A stretch of 64,000 nt of DNA from Oligoflexia bacterium (GTDB lineage: Bacteria > Bdellovibrionota > UBA1018). This document shows positions 31,106 to 39,765 of the stretch, piece after piece (position 1 is the first letter of the stretch; each line of letters opens with the position of its first letter). Under the pieces are notes generated by a model. That model was given only the letters and a program-made list of their open reading frames with translations, had not been told where the DNA came from and made no database searches. The position numbers were made by a program, and so were the translations under genes. The stretch lies in contig CAVWVI010000003.1 of the NCBI GenBank assembly GCA_963758495.1, positions 512,001-576,000 of the forward strand, given 5' to 3'.

Positions 31106-32482
31106 TCAGTTTTGAACTAGATCCAAAATCCTCTTGAGCTCTTTCAGTCTCTCCGTTTTGGATCGATTTTTTATTCTCTCCCAGTCTCGGTAACTGATTC
31201 GTATGACCTTCCAGCCTTCATCACGAAGAATGAAATCAAGCATTTGATCTTGGGCACTCAAGATCTCCTGGCCATTTCTTAGTTGAAAGTGATGCGGACC
31301 ATCAAATTGAATAATTAACTTGGAAGAAGGTACTGCAAAATCAACGTGAGTTGCAGTACTTTCAATCCAATACTCTTCCCGCAAGTCTTGAGGATAAAAA
31401 ACTCGAATATCTTTACCGATGGCCTTCTGAGCATTAGATATTCTAACTCCTTGAGCCTTAAATCGAGAAGAGGCCTCTTCCAAGCGACGAATGATCGGAG
31501 AAGGCATAAGAATTTTGAATCTTGCAAATAAAACTCCCCTAGCTAAAGAAAGCTGATGAAGCTCTATAAGATTAAAATCCCCAATTATCTTTAGGGCCCT
31601 TTTTTTCCAGGCTTCTAAGTAATGCTCTGTAGGCTGAACACCTAAAACTGAAAATGCATAAATTGAATTAGAAAGCCCCTGAGATTTAAAATTTTCAATG
31701 AAATAAATAGCCCTATTCTGCCATACCGCTAAGAAGTGATCTTCAGGATGAATTCCTAATACTGAAAATGCATAGAGTGAGTTAGAAAGCTCCTGAGACT
31801 TAAAGCTTTCAATAGAATGGATTGCCTGCGTCTGCCAGACCTCTATGAAGTGATCTGTAGGATGAATTCCTAATCCTGAAAATGCATAGAGTGAGTTAGA
31901 AAGGCCCTGAGATGTAAAGCTTTTAATTAAATCAATCGCCTGACTCTGCCAAGCCGCTAAAAAATCATCTGTGGGATGAATTCCTAATCCTGAAAATGCA
32001 TAGAGTGAGTTAGAAAGCTCCTGAGATTTAAAGCTTTTAATTAAATGAATCGCCTGACTCTGCCAAGCCGCCAAAAAATCATCTGTGGGATGAATTCCTA
32101 ATCCTGAAAATGCATAGAGTGAGTTAGAAAGCTCCTGAGCATTAAAACTATTCATCTGACCTAAGGCAGATTTCAGCCAAGATTGAATAAAAGAATCTGG
32201 GATAGAATGAATGCGTCGAGCTTTCTTAAGCTTTGCTAAAGAATGTAAACTCATAGCTAGGTTAATTTTATTAAAACGAGGTAATAATGGAGTTACTCTG
32301 CCAAACCAGGCCTGAACGTCCTGGTCCTTCACTCTCCATGGATTTTGAGACATTTCACGAATCTCATATGACACATCACTAGGCCGTTCAATACTCCAAG
32401 CGGGTGTAAGTAAATTTAAGCCACTTCCCAGTGTAATACACAGAACCAGCAGGGAAATCATTTCCCTCATTAATTTCTTCAT
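31106..32482 (-). CDS. Secreted 38-aa-repeat (OPR-like) protein with C-terminal RAP domain, paralog A (5 core repeats)
   Basis: GGGAG RBS before ATG 32482; signal peptide ending AWS; repeats FxSQ(E/G)LSNS(L/I)YAFS..; RAP-like VD...QFDGPHHF...GWKVIRISYRDW. Confidence 0.85.
   Translation of the reverse strand: MKKLMREMISLLVLCITLGSGLNLLTPAWSIERPSDVSYEIREMSQNPWRVKDQDVQAWFGRVTPLLPRFNKINLAMSLHSLAKLKKARRIHSIPDSFIQSWLKSALGQMNSFNAQELSNSLYAFSGLGIHPTDDFLAAWQSQAIHLIKSFKSQELSNSLYAFSGLGIHPTDDFLAAWQSQAIDLIKSFTSQGLSNSLYAFSGLGIHPTDHFIEVWQTQAIHSIESFKSQELSNSLYAFSVLGIHPEDHFLAVWQNRAIYFIENFKSQGLSNSIYAFSVLGVQPTEHYLEAWKKRALKIIGDFNLIELHQLSLARGVLFARFKILMPSPIIRRLEEASSRFKAQGVRISNAQKAIGKDIRVFYPQDLREEYWIESTATHVDFAVPSSKLIIQFDGPHHFQLRNGQEILSAQDQMLDFILRDEGWKVIRISYRDWERIKNRSKTERLKELKRILDLVQN
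31577..32146 (-). repeat. 5 x 114-bp intragenic tandem repeat
   Basis: Five 38-codon units from TTT at 32146 to 31577. Confidence 0.92.
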
Positions 32483-32632
32483 ATTTTTCGATCTCCCTGA
32501 TCTTTTTCTGAGCAATACCAGTGATAATGAAATTAAAGTCTACGCGGATAACGGGAATTTAACAAAAAAATTAAATAGTCTGCGGAATCAGACAAACTTA
32601 AAAGCCTGTGTGAAAAAAACTCACAAATCCCA

Positions 32633-34243
32633 TCACACTCCGTTTTGAACTTGATCCAAAATGCTCTTGAACTCTTTCAGTCTCTCCGTTTGGGATCGAT
32701 CCTTTATTCTCTCCCAGTCTCGGTAACTGATTCGTATGACCTTCCAGCCTTCATCACGAAGAATGAAATCAAGCATTTGATCTTGGGCACTCAAGATCTC
32801 CTGGCCATTTCTTAGTTGGAAGTGATGCGGACCGTCAAATTGAATAATTAACTTGGAAGAAGGTACTGCAAAATCAACATAGCTCGCAATAGCGTCACTC
32901 CAATACTCTTCTCGCAAGTCCTGAGGATAAAGAACTCGAATATCGTTACCAACGGCCTTCTGAGTTTTGGATATTGTGACTCCTTGGGCCTTAAACCTAG
33001 AAGAAGCCTCCTCCAAGCGACGAATGATCGGAAAAGGCATAAGAATTTTGAATCTTGCAAATAAAACTCTCCTAGCTAAAGAAAGCTGATGAAGCTCTGC
33101 AAGATTAAAATCTCCAATTATCTTTAGAGCGCTTTTCTTCCAGGCTTCTAAGTAATGCTCTGTAGGCTGAACACCTAAAACTGAAAATGCATAAATTGAA
33201 TTAGAAAGCTCCTGAGATGTAAAGCTTTCAATAGAATGGATTGCCTGCGTCTGCCAGACCTCTAGGAAGTGATCTTTAGGATGAGTGCCTAAAACTGAAA
33301 ATGCATAGAGTGAATTAGAAAGGCCCTGAGACTTAAAGCTTTCAATAGAATGGATTGCCTGCGTCTGCCAGACCTCTATGAAGTGATCTGTAGGATGAAT
33401 TCCTAATCCTGAAAATGCATAGAGTGAGTTAGAAAGCTCCTGAGAGTTAAAGCTTTTAATTAAATCAATCGCCTGACTCTGCCAAGCCGCTAAAAAATCA
33501 TCTGTGGGATGAATTCCTAATCCTGAAAATGCATAGAGGGAGTTAGAAAGCTCCTGAGAGTTAAAGCTTTTAAATAAATGAATCACCTGACTCTGCCAAG
33601 CCGCTAAAAAATCATCTGTGGGATGAATTCCTAATCCTGAAAATGCATAAATTGAATTAGAAAGCTCCTGAGATGTAAAGCTTTTAATGGAATGAATTGC
33701 CTGACTCTGCCAAGCCGCTAAAAAGTCATCTGCCGGCTGAATTTTTAATACTGAAAATGCATAAAGTGAGTTAGAAAGTCCCTGAGATGTAAAGCTTTTA
33801 ATGGAACGAATTGCCTGCGTCTGCCAGACCTCTAGGAAGTGATTTGTGGGATGAATTCCTAATCCTGAAAATGCATAAATTGAGTTAGAAAGCTCCTGAG
33901 AGTTAAAGCTATTGATTTGACTTAAGGCAGATTCCAGCCAAGATTGTATAAAAGAATCTGAGATGAAATGAATGCGTCTAGCTTTCTTAAGCTTTGCTAA
34001 AGAATGTAAACTCATAGCTAGATTCATTTTACTAAAACGAGGTAATAATGGCGTTGCTCTGCCAAACCAGGCCTGAACGTCCTGGTCCTTCACTCTCCCT
34101 GGATTTTGAGACATTTCGCGAATCTCGTGTGCCAAATTATTAGGCCGTTCAATGCTCCAAGCGGGTGTAAGTAAATTTAAGCTACTTCCCAGTATAATAC
34201 ACAGAACCAGCAGGGAAATCATTCCCCTCACTAATTTTTTCAT
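32633..34243 (-). CDS. Secreted OPR-like/RAP protein, paralog B (7 core repeats)
   Basis: Tandem duplicate of paralog A, including ~80 bp of upstream sequence; two more 38-aa units. Confidence 0.85.
   Translation of the reverse strand: MKKLVRGMISLLVLCIILGSSLNLLTPAWSIERPNNLAHEIREMSQNPGRVKDQDVQAWFGRATPLLPRFSKMNLAMSLHSLAKLKKARRIHFISDSFIQSWLESALSQINSFNSQELSNSIYAFSGLGIHPTNHFLEVWQTQAIRSIKSFTSQGLSNSLYAFSVLKIQPADDFLAAWQSQAIHSIKSFTSQELSNSIYAFSGLGIHPTDDFLAAWQSQVIHLFKSFNSQELSNSLYAFSGLGIHPTDDFLAAWQSQAIDLIKSFNSQELSNSLYAFSGLGIHPTDHFIEVWQTQAIHSIESFKSQGLSNSLYAFSVLGTHPKDHFLEVWQTQAIHSIESFTSQELSNSIYAFSVLGVQPTEHYLEAWKKSALKIIGDFNLAELHQLSLARRVLFARFKILMPFPIIRRLEEASSRFKAQGVTISKTQKAVGNDIRVLYPQDLREEYWSDAIASYVDFAVPSSKLIIQFDGPHHFQLRNGQEILSAQDQMLDFILRDEGWKVIRISYRDWERIKDRSQTERLKEFKSILDQVQNGV
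33110..33907 (-). repeat. 7 x 114-bp intragenic tandem repeat
   Basis: Seven 38-codon units from TTT at 33907 to 33110. Confidence 0.92.
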
Positions 34244-34355
34244 CTTTTTTGATCCCTCTGATCTTTTTCTGAGCAATACCAGTGATAATGAAATTAAAGT
34301 CTACGTAGATAGGAGAAATTTAGCAAATAATTGCTGAATAATATGCGAAGTTAAG

Positions 34356-34366
34356 ATTCCGACCTA
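34356..34366 (+). repeat. Putative att core, distal copy (ATTCCGACCTA)
   Basis: Identical to 52370-52380. Confidence 0.6.
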
Positions 34367-34397
34367 TTGCTCTGTTCGCGGACGTCTAGATTGAAAC
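34366..34397 (+). repeat. Inverted degenerate CRISPR repeat
   Basis: ATTGCTCTGTTCGCGGACGTCTAGATTGAAAC matches GTCGCGCCCCTCGCGGGCGCGTGGATTGAAAC at 22/32, in the orientation opposite to the array. Confidence 0.65.
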
Positions 34398-34420
34398 AGT
34401 CCTAACTCTTTACTGAGAAT

Positions 34421-36320
34421 ATTTCAATCCACAGGCCCGCGAAGGGCGCGACCATGCAATTCAATTCGCGAAGCTGATATTAAAAAGTTTCAATCCACGC
34501 GCCCGTGAGGGGCGCGACCAGTCAGAGTAATAGACATCCACTTTTTTCATCGTTTCAATCCACGCGCCCGCGAGGGGCGCGACTTGCTTTAAAACATAGG
34601 CGTCAAGCTGATCAAATGTTTCAATCCACGCGCCCGCGAGGGGCGCGACCCGCTTGCATCAACCGCTTTTTCTCATTTTGAGGTTTCAATCCACGCGCCC
34701 GCGAGGGGCGCGACTCGATATTACTGATGGACATAGGATACATACAATGTTTCAATCCACGCGCCCGCGAGGGGCGCGACGTGTTCCTTCGGATCTTTGG
34801 GCGGGAGAAGCTGACGTTTCAATCCACGCGCCCGCGAGGGGCGCGACAGAGACGATGGCCGCATAGTGAGTTTTGATAATGGTTTCAATCCACGCGCCCG
34901 CGAGGGGCGCGACTCACTAACTCGGACGGGATACATTAACCATAAAGTTTCAATCCACGCGCCCGCGAGGGGCGCGACTTAGCGATGGTGAGCTAGGTGG
35001 ATATATTGAAAAAGTTTCAATCCACGCGCCCGCGAGGGGCGCGACCCGATCAACCCGATCAACTCGCCAATGCTATAAAGTTTCAATCCACGCGCCCGCG
35101 AGGGGCGCGACGTTACGGCGGGAATACTTCAGCTTCGATTGCATGGTTTCAATCCACGCGCCCGCGAGGGGCGCGACGTAGAACAACTGTTACCGGCGGA
35201 TTTTCAAGAGAGTTTCAATCCACGCGCCCGCGAGGGGCGCGACTTTCAGCACTCCTAGACTATTAACTAACTGACTAGTTTCAATCCACGCGCCCGCGAG
35301 GGGCGCGACAGATATAAAACCACGCATGAGCTTCGTAATAAGTGTTTCAATCCACGCGCCCGCGAGGGGCGCGACTCAATCATCTTGGGCAGCTTACGTT
35401 TCGTGAAAGTTTCAATCCACGCGCCCGCGAGGGGCGCGACTTGCCTAGTGACTTAACCCCTCCCCATACTTTAGGTTTCAATCCACGCGCCCGCGAGGGG
35501 CGCGACAGTTGCATAAAAATACGTCATACTGATCCTCGGTGTTTCAATCCACGCGCCCGCGAGGGGCGCGACTTAATTCCTTGGTCTGCCAAAGATTTAA
35601 GCTCAGGTTTCAATCCACGCGCCCGCGAGGGGCGCGACATCGAGTGCAGAACTCATTCAAGCAACCGCTCGAAAGTTTCAATCCACGCGCCCGCGAGGGG
35701 CGCGACCTTCGGGAGGAAATTTACAGGTCAGCGATATCATGTTTCAATCCACGCGCCCGCGAGGGGCGCGACCTCAAGCCGGAAGAGATATAGAAGCAGC
35801 TTGCTAGTTTCAATCCACGCGCCCGCGAGGGGCGCGACGTTTGGGATTTAACTTGCCTAAACTTAGTATCATTGTTTCAATCCACGCGCCCGCGAGGGGC
35901 GCGACCGGTGGAGATGGCGCAGGAGATGTCACCTACGTATGAGTTTCAATCCACGCGCCCGCGAGGGGCGCGACAGGACATCCCGCGTTTTATCTTGTGC
36001 CGCATTCCTGTTTCAATCCACGCGCCCGCGAGGGGCGCGACCGCCGACCATTATCAATGCTTGCGACTTCCGATGACATGTTTCAATCCACGCGCCCCGC
36101 GAGGGGCGCGACCTGAGCGGCGTCAGCGTTATCGTGAGTTAATCATTGCAGTTTCAATCCACGCGCCCCGCGAGGGGCGCGACCCATCGTGATTTACATA
36201 ATGAGCGTTGTAGATCCCAATGTTTCAATCCACGCGCCCGCGAGGGGCGCGACGAAATGAAGTACTGGTGTATGGGCAATTCATGATAGTTTCAATCCAC
36301 GCGCCCGCGAGGGGCGCGAC
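34421..36320 (-). CRISPR. Type I-C CRISPR array, 29 repeats / 28 spacers (33-38 nt)
   Basis: Repeat GTCGCGCCCCTCGCGGGCGCGTGGATTGAAAC on the minus strand. Degenerate terminal repeat at 34421-34452, a 1-nt variant at 34487, and two 33-nt variants at 36080 and 36151. Leader lies toward cas2. Confidence 0.98.
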
Positions 36321-36490
36321 TCCTTAATGCTAAGATCATAAAATAACACAAAATTTCAAAGACCCATCGCTAATCGCGACTTCTATTTCAATAAAAAACA
36401 AAAAAGAACGACCACCGACGTATAAACTATTGAAATCATTAAAGCGCTAATCACTGGCACTAATGATGTCTCATTGAGGTTAGCGAAAAA
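36321..36490 (-). promoter_or_regulatory. CRISPR leader
   Basis: AT-rich 170 bp between the cas2 stop and the first canonical repeat; the degenerate repeat is at the opposite end. Confidence 0.8.
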
Positions 36491-36781
36491 TTATAAAATT
36501 AACGTGTCCTGGAAATCTGTTGCTTTCTTGGTACCGAAATGCTCTACTTTTGACTTCCAATTGCTTCCAAGATAGTAAAAACGCAAACTGTCTTTTTCTA
36601 CGTCATATTCTTTGAGTAACCTTGATTTTAACATTTCCCATTGGGTTGGGTCCACTTCACATTCAAATACAGAACATTGAACCCTCTGACCGAAATCTTG
36701 ACATGCTCTAGCTATTCGCCTCAATCTGCGACTCCCTGCCAAGTTTTTTGTTTCTACATCATAAGTAATTAACATTAGCAT
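36491..36781 (-). CDS. cas2: CRISPR-associated Cas2
   Basis: ITYDV, GQRVQCSVFEC and DSLRFY motifs; 96 aa. Confidence 0.96.
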   Translation of the reverse strand: MLMLITYDVETKNLAGSRRLRRIARACQDFGQRVQCSVFECEVDPTQWEMLKSRLLKEYDVEKDSLRFYYLGSNWKSKVEHFGTKKATDFQDTLIL

Positions 36782-36786
36782 AGGTA

Positions 36787-37818
36787 TTATTTAGATAAAA
36801 ATGCTGGATAATGATTTAAGTCGCCACGAATCGTCCGCGCTAACAGTAGAGCTTGCAAATGAATAACAATACCGATTGGTGCCTTTTCTCCGAGAAAAGG
36901 GTGGATTAATTCTTCCTTTTTTTTCTCTTGCCAAGCAACTAAAATTTCTCTTCTGACTTTATCATCAATTTGTACCGCACCCGTTTCAGAAATTTTAAAT
37001 CCTTCGGAACCAACCTGTTTAAGATTAATCAAACTCAGAACGAGACGATCTCCCAAGACTGCCCGAAATTCCTCCACCAAATCCAGCGCTAAACTAGGTC
37101 GACCTGGGCGGTCTCGATGCAGGAACCCTGCCTGAGGATCTAATCCAACCCCTTCAAGAGCCGAACGACAATCATGAGTAATTAAAGAATATACAAAAGA
37201 AAGCATAGCATTCAGTCTATCTAACGGTGGGCGACGACTACGAGTCTTAAACAAAAAATCTTCCTTTTGGCAGGTAATTAAATTGTTAAAACACGAAAAA
37301 TATTCGTCGGCTGCAGCCCCCTCTATTCCTCGTAATCGATCCAAATCAAATTCCATACCAGACTGCTCCTGCATTCGCCCCATTCGAAGCACAGTGCCCT
37401 TTAAAAGCTCCTTTGAATCACATTCAGAGTAATTTCTTAGATGCCTTTGTAATACCGATCGACTATTAGCAATTTTCGCAGCGACTATTGCTTTTGCAAT
37501 TAAAACAGACCGTTCCGTTAAATCAGATATTCGATATTGTTCCTTACGAAGGAGTATATTTCCAGAAACGGGTCCTTCTACTCGGGCTAAGAATTTACCA
37601 AATTCTGAAAAAAAACTGATCGATACACCACGTTCAGCACAAAAAGCCATCGCATATGGAGAAATCCATATAGGCCCAAATACCATCAACCCCTGAAACA
37701 TGTGAATTGGGAACTGTCCGAGTTTTTTTTCACCGGCCTCTACCACCAAAGTTTCATTTTCCTTACGTACACGTGAATTTTCAGTAGTGATATAGAGAAT
37801 ATTCAACAATTTCTTCAT
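36787..37818 (-). CDS. cas1: Type I-C Cas1
   Basis: MKKLLN.LY, GNILLR, LRGIEG, RRPPLD, GLDP..GFLH and DLVEEFR motifs. Confidence 0.97.
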   Translation of the reverse strand: MKKLLNILYITTENSRVRKENETLVVEAGEKKLGQFPIHMFQGLMVFGPIWISPYAMAFCAERGVSISFFSEFGKFLARVEGPVSGNILLRKEQYRISDLTERSVLIAKAIVAAKIANSRSVLQRHLRNYSECDSKELLKGTVLRMGRMQEQSGMEFDLDRLRGIEGAAADEYFSCFNNLITCQKEDFLFKTRSRRPPLDRLNAMLSFVYSLITHDCRSALEGVGLDPQAGFLHRDRPGRPSLALDLVEEFRAVLGDRLVLSLINLKQVGSEGFKISETGAVQIDDKVRREILVAWQEKKKEELIHPFLGEKAPIGIVIHLQALLLARTIRGDLNHYPAFLSK

Positions 37819-38474
37819 AAATCACCCGGTTTAAAAAGACTTTTAAAATAATGATCTGCTCTATTACTATCAGAATTAGGTTGACATAAATCCATCAAAG
37901 AACAATTGCGACATTTCTTTTCAAAAATTGGCAATGGGGTTCTCCCTGAATGAATCAGTTCATGTACATATTTTGCTACTGTTGCTGTCTCAGTGCGGAT
38001 AGCGTCATTCATCTGTACCCATTCACGACGATTTGGCTGGGCATAATAGAGAGCACCCTTAGAAATGGTAAGACCAAACATTTCTTCAAGACAGATTACT
38101 TGTGCACAAAGTTGAATTCTGTCTATATTAGTGCTTTTTTTTTGACCTCGCTTATATTCGATCGGACATGGTTGCCAAAGCCCCTCTCTTCCAGACAATG
38201 AAACTCCCTGTTGCGATCGAAAAAATTCAACAACATCGGCAATTCCACTTAAACCTAAACTATTTGATCTAATCCTCAAGCTCCGTGCAATAAATAGGTC
38301 TTTCCTTTGTTCAGATTGACCAGTATCTACCTTTTCGTGTAAAAGTTTACCTTGAGTCGTTAGAATATTTTCCGCCCAAACTTGCTCAATGTGAATCAAA
38401 GCACATTGCCTCTCACAAAAGGCGTAATGCTGAAGGGCTGAAATAGGTATAAAATCAACTTCAAAATAATTCAC
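37815..38474 (-). CDS. cas4: Cas4
   Basis: ISALQHYAFCERQ, DVVE, PIEYKRG, QLCAQ and CxxCSLxxxC motifs. Confidence 0.96.
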   Translation of the reverse strand: MNYFEVDFIPISALQHYAFCERQCALIHIEQVWAENILTTQGKLLHEKVDTGQSEQRKDLFIARSLRIRSNSLGLSGIADVVEFFRSQQGVSLSGREGLWQPCPIEYKRGQKKSTNIDRIQLCAQVICLEEMFGLTISKGALYYAQPNRREWVQMNDAIRTETATVAKYVHELIHSGRTPLPIFEKKCRNCSLMDLCQPNSDSNRADHYFKSLFKPGDL

Positions 38475-38506
38475 ATCAGAGATGTTCTAAACAATGGAGT
38501 TAGATG

Positions 38507-39364
38507 TTAATAGCCATTAATCTCTTCAGGAATTAAACCGTCAATCTGATCTATTCTATAAGTACCATCTGTATCCACTTTCAGGCTTCCGTGCACTTTA
38601 GACGAGGCACATTTCCCTTCTTTAGAGGAATGCCTCCACCAAATAACTTTAAGTACTTCCATACTGCCTTCTGGGCGGGCAGAAGAGGCGTCATTTTCAA
38701 ATAACTTCGGAAGGATATTTTTTATGACTTCAGCATCTGTATCGCTGAAACCAGTTCGCACGGCAAGTTGCGGATTCATGCTTCCGTAGGTGAGATAGAC
38801 TCCATAATCAACTCGATGTTTCATACCCATAGTATCAGAAGCACGCTTAGATCCATCACCCTCGCCATTTACACTTTTGGTAATCTGAGTGCTGCTTGTG
38901 CTAATTGGTTCAAGGCTAAATGCGGATTGTATCGTTACGGGGCCACGAATTCCAATAGAGACTCCAGTATCTCCCTCAAAATTGGTTTCTTCTTCACTTT
39001 TATTAATTTTTTTTTCATTTTTTTTGAAGGCGAGCAATTGACCAAATGTTCGAACATCCAACCAATTTTCACATGCTAATTTTGCTGTCTCTATTGAACT
39101 TAATTTTCTTCCAAGTTTTTCTTCTACTCTTTGGCGAATACTTTTACAATCATCAACCTTGCGATCATCAGATTGAACTAAAATAGAATGTCCATTTTCA
39201 AGTAATCGATCACGAATTTTGCGTTTGAGGCACACATCGGTTATCTCACCGAATCCTTCGTAGTTCGTACGAGGACGATTACCATTTAAAGGGTCACCAT
39301 TGGGATTTGCGTTTTTTACTCTAAGAATAATCGCAAAATCAATTTTATTTTGTAACGAACCCAT
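38507..39364 (-). CDS. cas7: Type I-C Cas7/Csd2
   Basis: NANPNGDP, DVCLKRKIRD, DVRTFG and FENDASSARP motifs. Confidence 0.96.
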   Translation of the reverse strand: MGSLQNKIDFAIILRVKNANPNGDPLNGNRPRTNYEGFGEITDVCLKRKIRDRLLENGHSILVQSDDRKVDDCKSIRQRVEEKLGRKLSSIETAKLACENWLDVRTFGQLLAFKKNEKKINKSEEETNFEGDTGVSIGIRGPVTIQSAFSLEPISTSSTQITKSVNGEGDGSKRASDTMGMKHRVDYGVYLTYGSMNPQLAVRTGFSDTDAEVIKNILPKLFENDASSARPEGSMEVLKVIWWRHSSKEGKCASSKVHGSLKVDTDGTYRIDQIDGLIPEEINGY

Positions 39365-39765
39365 TATTGCTCTCCTTTTGTGTTTTCAGTCTGTAAGTCG
39401 GATTTTTTTCTGTTCAGGTCCTGTCGTTGACAGTGATATCCTAGAAGAAATTCACCATTCAAGCGGACATCGCTTTGATACTCATTTAATTGAAAGAGAC
39501 AGGTGACCTCAGTCAGAAGATTTTTCATTACCTGTAAAAAAGGAGCCCTCTTTGCTTTGAGTCTGGCTTGGTAGGGTACCAAGGAAGTTTCTATATTCTT
39601 CCAAGTTGAAAAAGGACGATCAGCAAATCGCTGCATCAACTTGAATGCAGTAGTGTCACGGCTCTCACCTCCTACATGGAGAGCCCTTTCCTCAAGATGA
39701 TCAGCAATAGCAAGTAGTCGCCCATAGAGGTAGTCTCGGCTTGTTCGATCTGGTTCAAGGGCCAT
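39364..39765 (-). CDS. cas11c: Cas11c small subunit translated in-frame within cas8c (133 aa)
   Basis: AAAAGGAGTTATCAA-ATG at 39765, giving MALEPDRTSRDYLYGRLLA; this is the internal-start position established for type I-C. Confidence 0.8.
   Translation of the reverse strand: MALEPDRTSRDYLYGRLLAIADHLEERALHVGGESRDTTAFKLMQRFADRPFSTWKNIETSLVPYQARLKAKRAPFLQVMKNLLTEVTCLFQLNEYQSDVRLNGEFLLGYHCQRQDLNRKKSDLQTENTKGEQ

Noticed and set aside
31577..33907. 114-bp repeats as a second CRISPR array or DGR TR/VR pair
   Set aside because: In-frame coding repeats with no spacers, no adenine-specific pattern noticed and no RT.
34654..36192. ORFs with FQSTRPRGAR / FNPRAREGRD repeats
   Set aside because: Translations of CRISPR repeats.
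34453..36288. Self-targeting spacers
   Set aside because: No match within the window noticed by eye; this needs BLASTN to exclude.
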